Source: Candidatus Nanopelagicales bacterium (lineage in GTDB: Bacteria > Actinomycetota > Actinomycetes > S36-B12). From it: 64,000 nucleotides of DNA. This document shows positions 59,064-64,000 of this stretch, in pieces. The position numbers and the translations under genes were made by a program. Under the pieces are notes generated by a model, which was given only the letters and a program-made list of their open reading frames with translations, was not told where the DNA came from and searched no databases. Every line of letters begins with the position of its first letter. The stretch's first letter is position 1. The stretch is from assembly GCA_030726915.1 (NCBI GenBank), contig JANRCR010000031.1:7672-71671 (forward strand), written 5' to 3'.

Positions 59064-59105
59064 GGATGCCGGGGTCGGGGATGCCCGGGTCGGCCCATCT
59101 AAGAT
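59064..59105 (+). promoter_or_regulatory. secA promoter: tandem 15-bp direct repeat and -10 box of a leaderless transcript
   Basis: ggatgccggggtcgg/ggatgcccgggtcgg (59064-59093), then TAAGAT 6 nt before the GTG start. Confidence 0.45.
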
Positions 59106-59111
59106 GCGGGG

Positions 59112-61892
59112 GTGGGCATCCTGGACAAGATCCTTCGCGCTGGCGAGGGCAAGACCCTCCGCACCTTGGAGGGCATCTCCCGTCAGGTCAACGCCATCGA
59201 GGATGACTTCGTGGCGATGACCGACGAGGAGTTGCGGGCACTCACGGGGGAGTACCGCACCCGGCTTGAGCAGGGTGAGACCCTGGACGACCTCCTCCCC
59301 GAGGCCTTCGCCACCGTTCGCGAGGCCGCGCGCCGCACACTGGGGCAGCGGCACTACGACGTGCAGATCATGGGTGGCGCAGCCCTGCATTTGGGCAACA
59401 TCGCGGAGATGCGCACCGGTGAAGGCAAGACGCTGGTGGCGACGCTTCCGTCGTACCTGAATGCTCTCTCGGGCAAGGGTGTGCACGTCGTCACCGTCAA
59501 TGACTATCTTGCCGAGCGTGACTCCGAATGGATGGGTCGCATCCATCGGTTCCTCGGCCTTGACGTCGGTGTGATCCTGGCCCACATGTCGCCCGCGGAG
59601 CGCAGGGATGCGTACGCCGCGGACATCACCTACGGCACCAATAATGAGTTCGGCTTCGACTATTTGCGTGACAACATGGCGTGGAGCGCGGCGGAGATGG
59701 TCCAGCGCGGACACAACTTCGCCGTGGTCGACGAAGTTGACTCCATTCTCGTGGACGAGGCACGGACGCCCCTCATCATTAGTGGGCCGGCTGACCAGCC
59801 CACCAAGTGGTACGCCGAGTTTGCCCGCATCGCGCGCCTCCTCGTCCTCGATGAGGACTACGAGGTTGACGAAAAGAAGAAGACCATCGGTGTCCTTGAG
59901 GCGGCTATCGACAAGGTCGAGGACCAACTCGGGATCGACAATCTTTACGACACGGTCAACACACCACTCGTGGGTTTTTTGAACAACGCGATCCGCGCCA
60001 AAGAGCTCTTCAAGCGCGACCGCGACTACGTCATCCTCGAGGGTGAGATTCTCATCGTCGACGAGCACACGGGGCGATTGCTGAAGGGGCGGCGCTACAA
60101 CGAGGGGCTCCACCAAGCGATCGAGGCCAAGGAGGGCGTGGAGATCAAGGCGGAGAATCAAACTCTCGCCACGGTGACCCTGCAAAACTACTTCCGGCTC
60201 TACGACAAGTTGTCGGGCATGACGGGCACAGCCATGACGGAGGCGGCGGAGTTCCACCAGATCTATGCGCTCGGAGTGGTCCCCATCCCCACCAATCGAC
60301 CGATGGTGCGACTCGATGAGCCCGACCTGGTGTATCGCACGGTGGATGCGAAGTATGCGGCTGTCATCGATGACATTGAGGAGCGGAATGCTGCCGGGCA
60401 ACCGGTGCTCGTCGGGACCACCAGCGTTGCCAAGAGTGAGTTGATCGCTTCGGAGTTGAAGAAGCGTGGTGTCCGACACGAGGTCCTCAACGCCAAGAAT
60501 CACGAGCGCGAGGCCACGATCATCGCGGAGGCTGGGCACAGGGGAGCCGTCACCGTCGCCACCAACATGGCCGGTCGCGGCACCGACATTATGCTCGGGG
60601 GCAACCCGGAGTTCCGGGCGGCGCAGGAGCTCGAGAAGCGCGGACTCGATCCCGTCGAGGACCCCGAGGCGTATGAAAAAGCCTGGCCGGAGGCACTCGC
60701 TACCGCGCAGGCCTCTGTAGCATCCGAACACGAGGACGTTGTCGATCTCGGCGGTCTCTACGTCCTAGGGACGGAGCGTCACGAGTCACGCCGCATCGAT
60801 AACCAGCTGCGAGGGCGATCTGGCCGCCAGGGTGACCCGGGTGAAACACGCTTTTACCTCTCGCTCGAGGACGACCTCATGCGCCTGTTCAAGTCCGACA
60901 TGGTCGATGCTTTCCTTCGTCGATTCAACGTCCCCGATGACGTGCCGATCGAGGCCAAGATGGTCACGAATGCCATCCGATCCGCGCAGACGTCCGTCGA
61001 GGCTCAAAACTTCGAAATCCGCAAGGACGTCTTGAAGTACGACGACGTACTTAATCGGCAACGTCTGGTGATCTATGACGAGCGGCGCCGCGTGCTCGAG
61101 GGTGAAGACATCCATGAGCAGGTCCGCTCCTTCATGGATGATGTCCTCTCCGGCTATGTCACGGCAGCCACGGCTGAGGGCTACCCGGAGGACTGGGATC
61201 TCGACAAGTTGTGGACGGCGCTCAATCAGCTCTATCCCGTGCGCGTCACCATCGACGAGCTTGACGAGCAGTCAGGATCCGGACGCGACGGTCTCACCTC
61301 GGACTTCCTCCTTGAGGAACTGACCAATGACATTCATCTCGCGTACGACGAGCGGGAGCAGGCTCTCGGCGAAGATGTCCTTCGCGAGTTGGAGCGCCGG
61401 GTGATCATGTCCGTACTCGATCGCAAGTGGCGCGAGCATCTCTATGAGATGGATTATCTACGCGACGGTATTGGCCTCCGTGCCATGGCGCAGCGCGACC
61501 CGCTCATCGAATACCAGCGGGAGGGCTATGAGCTCTTTCACGCGATGATGGACGGGGTTAAGGAAGAGACCGTCGGTTATCTCTTCCACGTCGAGGTGCA
61601 GGCTCCCCCCGCGGTGAGCACTGAGGCCACGGAGGCGGCCGCCGCCGTCACCGACGCGTCCACGTCCGCGGCTGTTCAGGCCATCGCTGCAGCCGTCAAG
61701 GCCAAGCCCACGGTCACGGCCAAGGGCCTGGGCCCCAATCGTCCGCAGACCCTGGAGTACTCCGCTCCCTCCGAGGACGGTGGTGTGCGCCATGAGCATC
61801 TGCAGGCGGATGGCGAAGAGGTGGATCTTGATCCCAACGCCAGTCGTGCCGAACGCCGCCGGGCGGAGCGTGCCAACCGCAAGCGTAAGTGA
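59112..61892 (+). CDS. secA: Preprotein translocase ATPase SecA
   Basis: [62 protein letters not shown]; no C-terminal zinc finger. Confidence 0.98.
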   Translation: MGILDKILRAGEGKTLRTLEGISRQVNAIEDDFVAMTDEELRALTGEYRTRLEQGETLDDLLPEAFATVREAARRTLGQRHYDVQIMGGAALHLGNIAEMRTGEGKTLVATLPSYLNALSGKGVHVVTVNDYLAERDSEWMGRIHRFLGLDVGVILAHMSPAERRDAYAADITYGTNNEFGFDYLRDNMAWSAAEMVQRGHNFAVVDEVDSILVDEARTPLIISGPADQPTKWYAEFARIARLLVLDEDYEVDEKKKTIGVLEAAIDKVEDQLGIDNLYDTVNTPLVGFLNNAIRAKELFKRDRDYVILEGEILIVDEHTGRLLKGRRYNEGLHQAIEAKEGVEIKAENQTLATVTLQNYFRLYDKLSGMTGTAMTEAAEFHQIYALGVVPIPTNRPMVRLDEPDLVYRTVDAKYAAVIDDIEERNAAGQPVLVGTTSVAKSELIASELKKRGVRHEVLNAKNHEREATIIAEAGHRGAVTVATNMAGRGTDIMLGGNPEFRAAQELEKRGLDPVEDPEAYEKAWPEALATAQASVASEHEDVVDLGGLYVLGTERHESRRIDNQLRGRSGRQGDPGETRFYLSLEDDLMRLFKSDMVDAFLRRFNVPDDVPIEAKMVTNAIRSAQTSVEAQNFEIRKDVLKYDDVLNRQRLVIYDERRRVLEGEDIHEQVRSFMDDVLSGYVTAATAEGYPEDWDLDKLWTALNQLYPVRVTIDELDEQSGSGRDGLTSDFLLEELTNDIHLAYDEREQALGEDVLRELERRVIMSVLDRKWREHLYEMDYLRDGIGLRAMAQRDPLIEYQREGYELFHAMMDGVKEETVGYLFHVEVQAPPAVSTEATEAAAAVTDASTSAAVQAIAAAVKAKPTVTAKGLGPNRPQTLEYSAPSEDGGVRHEHLQADGEEVDLDPNASRAERRRAERANRKRK

Positions 61893-62797
61893 GCGGTATG
61901 GCGCCGCCGGGGCAGTCGCTATCACCTGATCGTCCCGTGTTTGTGGGTGGAACAGGTCGAAGTGGCACCACGATCGCGGGGAGACTGCTCGGCCATCACC
62001 GTGATCTGCGAGCGACCAATCCGCGTGAGTTGCGGTTCATCGCCTCCCGGGGTGGCCTGGCGGATGCCTACGCTGGCATGGTGACACCGCAGCAGGTCGT
62101 GGCGGATCTGTGGGAGCACTGGTATCGGCGAACCAAGCCATCGGGGGCCACATCCGGACTTTTTCGTCGGCTGGATCGTGCGAGCATGACGCAGGCCTGC
62201 GCGGAGTACATCGACGGATTCGCAGCAGATCCCCTGACCGCTTCGCGTCATTTCGCGGAAACGATCGTGTCGTCCCCGCCCGCCTCCGGTGTACGTCGCG
62301 CCCGAGCCATGAAGTCGCGCTGGGTCGATACGACTCCGGCGAATGCGCGTGCGGCAGACCGAGTCCTCGCCCTGTTCCCCGAAGGTGTCGTTGTCCACAT
62401 GATGCGTGACGGTCGAGATGTCGCCGCATCGTTCGTCTCCAAGTCCTTCGGCCCGTCGAACGTCTTCGAAGCGCTTGAGGCGTGGCGTGAGCGCATGATC
62501 GAGGCCTATCGAGCAGAGTTGGCATGCCCTGCGGGACGCTTTGTGCGCGTGGATCTTCACGCGTTGTCGGTCACCCGGCGGGATGAGACGTTGGCGACAC
62601 TTCTTGAGGCTCTCGATGCTCCTTCGGATGCTCGGATGAGCACCTGGTTTGACTCCCATGTGCTGGCTCAGCAGGCGCACGTGGGGCGCTGGCGGCGCGA
62701 TTATGACGATGCGACAGCCCAGCGCCTGGATGAGCGGTACGAGGAGATCTGCCGGGAGTTCGATGCATCCGGTGTCCCCTATCCCTCCACCGGATAA
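61889..62797 (+). CDS. Sulfotransferase family protein
   Basis: [16 protein letters not shown]-binding loop, W...TP.N, H..RDGRDV..S, GRWR. Confidence 0.82.
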   Translation: MSGMAPPGQSLSPDRPVFVGGTGRSGTTIAGRLLGHHRDLRATNPRELRFIASRGGLADAYAGMVTPQQVVADLWEHWYRRTKPSGATSGLFRRLDRASMTQACAEYIDGFAADPLTASRHFAETIVSSPPASGVRRARAMKSRWVDTTPANARAADRVLALFPEGVVVHMMRDGRDVAASFVSKSFGPSNVFEALEAWRERMIEAYRAELACPAGRFVRVDLHALSVTRRDETLATLLEALDAPSDARMSTWFDSHVLAQQAHVGRWRRDYDDATAQRLDERYEEICREFDASGVPYPSTG

Positions 62798-63675
62798 GCG
62801 CAGGCCCGCGCCGCCCGCAGGTCGGTGATGAGTCGCTGACGCAGCGCGGCGCCGCGGAGGGTGAAGTCCCGCTGATAGCCAACGTACTCCGCCCGCCCCT
62901 GCGCGGTCTCGATGGTGATGGCCGGATATCCCAGTCCCGAGAGGTCATACGGCGATGCCCGCATGTCGACCGCCCGAATCTCGCGCGCGAGGGCAAAACA
63001 GTCCGCGGTGAGATCGGCCCCCACCAGGGGATAGCAGCGGAAGGACCACTTATAGAGATCCATCGTCGCGTGGAGGCAGCCGGGCTGTTCCAGATCGACC
63101 TGCGTGGCGCGTGCGGGCTGGATGAGGTTGAGAGGTCGCGCGGCTTCAGTGTAGAAGCGGAAGGCGTCAAAATGTGTACAGCGCAGTGGCGAGGACTCGA
63201 CGACGTCGGCAATATCGGATGGGCTCAGACGCAGTGGCCACGCGGCATGGCGGATCTCATCGGGCGCCTGACGGTAGACCATGGCCCATTCGTGACGCCC
63301 GAAGCAGCCGTACGATGAGGGCCGCGATGCGGTTGCCTCCAGCAGACGCAGTGTCGCCGAGAGGACCATGTCCGCAACGCTGTGTGGATCAGCGTGAGCA
63401 CCGGTGTCGTCCACGAGGTATCCCCGACACGATGTGAATTCGCCAACATCCCCCGTCATCAGCACATCGGCACCGGGGTGCCAGCGAGCCAGTTGCGCGG
63501 GCCGCCATGAGTAGTAGTCGAAGAGGAAGTCATCGACGGGGTCTCGCTCACCGCGCCGACGCCGCTCCAGACGCGGGACGATCCAGCGCTCAACGCGTTG
63601 GACATGCCGGCGCTGGCGGTCACGCCACTCATCCTCCACGAGGGTGACCGTGGTCGACAGTGTCGGTGAGGACAT
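62779..63675 (-). CDS. Conserved actinobacterial protein (family often auto-annotated as 3-methyladenine DNA glycosylase)
   Basis: PV.DFLF.YY, L..WHPG, CFG.HEWAMVY, CTHFDAFRF, EQPGCLHA.MDLYKW, DMRASPYDL; function annotation is unverified. Confidence 0.75.
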   Translation of the reverse strand: MSSPTLSTTVTLVEDEWRDRQRRHVQRVERWIVPRLERRRRGERDPVDDFLFDYYSWRPAQLARWHPGADVLMTGDVGEFTSCRGYLVDDTGAHADPHSVADMVLSATLRLLEATASRPSSYGCFGRHEWAMVYRQAPDEIRHAAWPLRLSPSDIADVVESSPLRCTHFDAFRFYTEAARPLNLIQPARATQVDLEQPGCLHATMDLYKWSFRCYPLVGADLTADCFALAREIRAVDMRASPYDLSGLGYPAITIETAQGRAEYVGYQRDFTLRGAALRQRLITDLRAARACAYPVEG

Positions 63676-63677
63676 GG

Positions 63678-64000
63678 TCAGGTGATGGCGACGAGGCCCA
63701 TGTCTGCGCAGCCTCGCTCGAGGGCGTCGAGTCCGAAGGCATCCACGGGTCCGTGGGCGCCGGGGGTGACGGGGCGCGTCGCCGCCATAGCGGCCCCCCA
63801 TGCCAGGAGTTCAGCGGTGAGGTCATACGGCGAAGGTCCCTCGAGGCGAATCGTGGCGAGGGTCCGTCCGACGGCATCCCCCGCCTCGGCCTGCACCACC
63901 GTTCTCGCACCAGCGCGGGCCTCCGCATCCGGCCCCTGACCCGTGGTGCGGGAGAGGCGACGGCGCACCCCGCCCATCACGCCGGTGCCGACACCCGGGA
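63678..64000 (-). CDS. Saccharopine-dehydrogenase-like/NAD(P)-dependent oxidoreductase, C-terminal part (5' end outside window)
   Basis: GPD..AR, G..PY..TA..LA..A, G...P..AFG C-terminal pattern. Confidence 0.55.
   Translation of the reverse strand, partial: PGVGTGVMGGVRRRLSRTTGQGPDAEARAGARTVVQAEAGDAVGRTLATIRLEGPSPYDLTAELLAWGAAMAATRPVTPGAHGPVDAFGLDALERGCADMGLVAIT

Noticed and set aside
59013-60731. 572-aa minus-strand ORF
   Set aside because: Antisense shadow of secA
61600-61892. SecA lacking the zinc-binding tail
   Set aside because: A basic RxxRR tail without SEC-C is usual in many actinobacteria

Overview
High-GC actinobacterial chromosome segment, identified from whiB, mtrAB-lpqB, secA, F420 genes and many leaderless starts. 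The first ~36 kb is dominated by a quaternary-amine/C1 catabolic supercluster. It contains a glycine betaine/choline ABC transporter, betA/betB, and a pyrrolysine-free MttB-family methyltransferase. A divergent IclR-led operon encodes a corrinoid protein, MetV-like + MetF, a pterin-binding methyltransferase, a RACo-type ASKHA corrinoid activator and DUF1638. A GntR-led operon encodes dimethylglycine/sarcosine dehydrogenase-etfBA-fhs-MFS, and an NAD-linked Fds formate dehydrogenase lies at the window start. Together these suggest B12-dependent, THF-linked oxidation of betaine methyl groups to CO2, chemistry best known from anaerobes and some alphaproteobacteria. Interspersed are tRNA-Thr(UGU), several accessory genes, an AT-richer histidine phosphatase between two decayed IS3 integrase fragments, and 17-bp-period palindromic repeats. 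The last ~28 kb is the conserved actinobacterial mpg-fbiBA-whiB-GT2-manB-manA-mtrAB-lpqB-comF-secA region. It differs from the canonical layout: fbiC is inserted, the ahcY-mtrA-mtrB-lpqB block is inverted, hpf is absent, and ahcY has a long structured SAH-riboswitch-like leader. All calls come from motif recognition by eye; no database searches were run.
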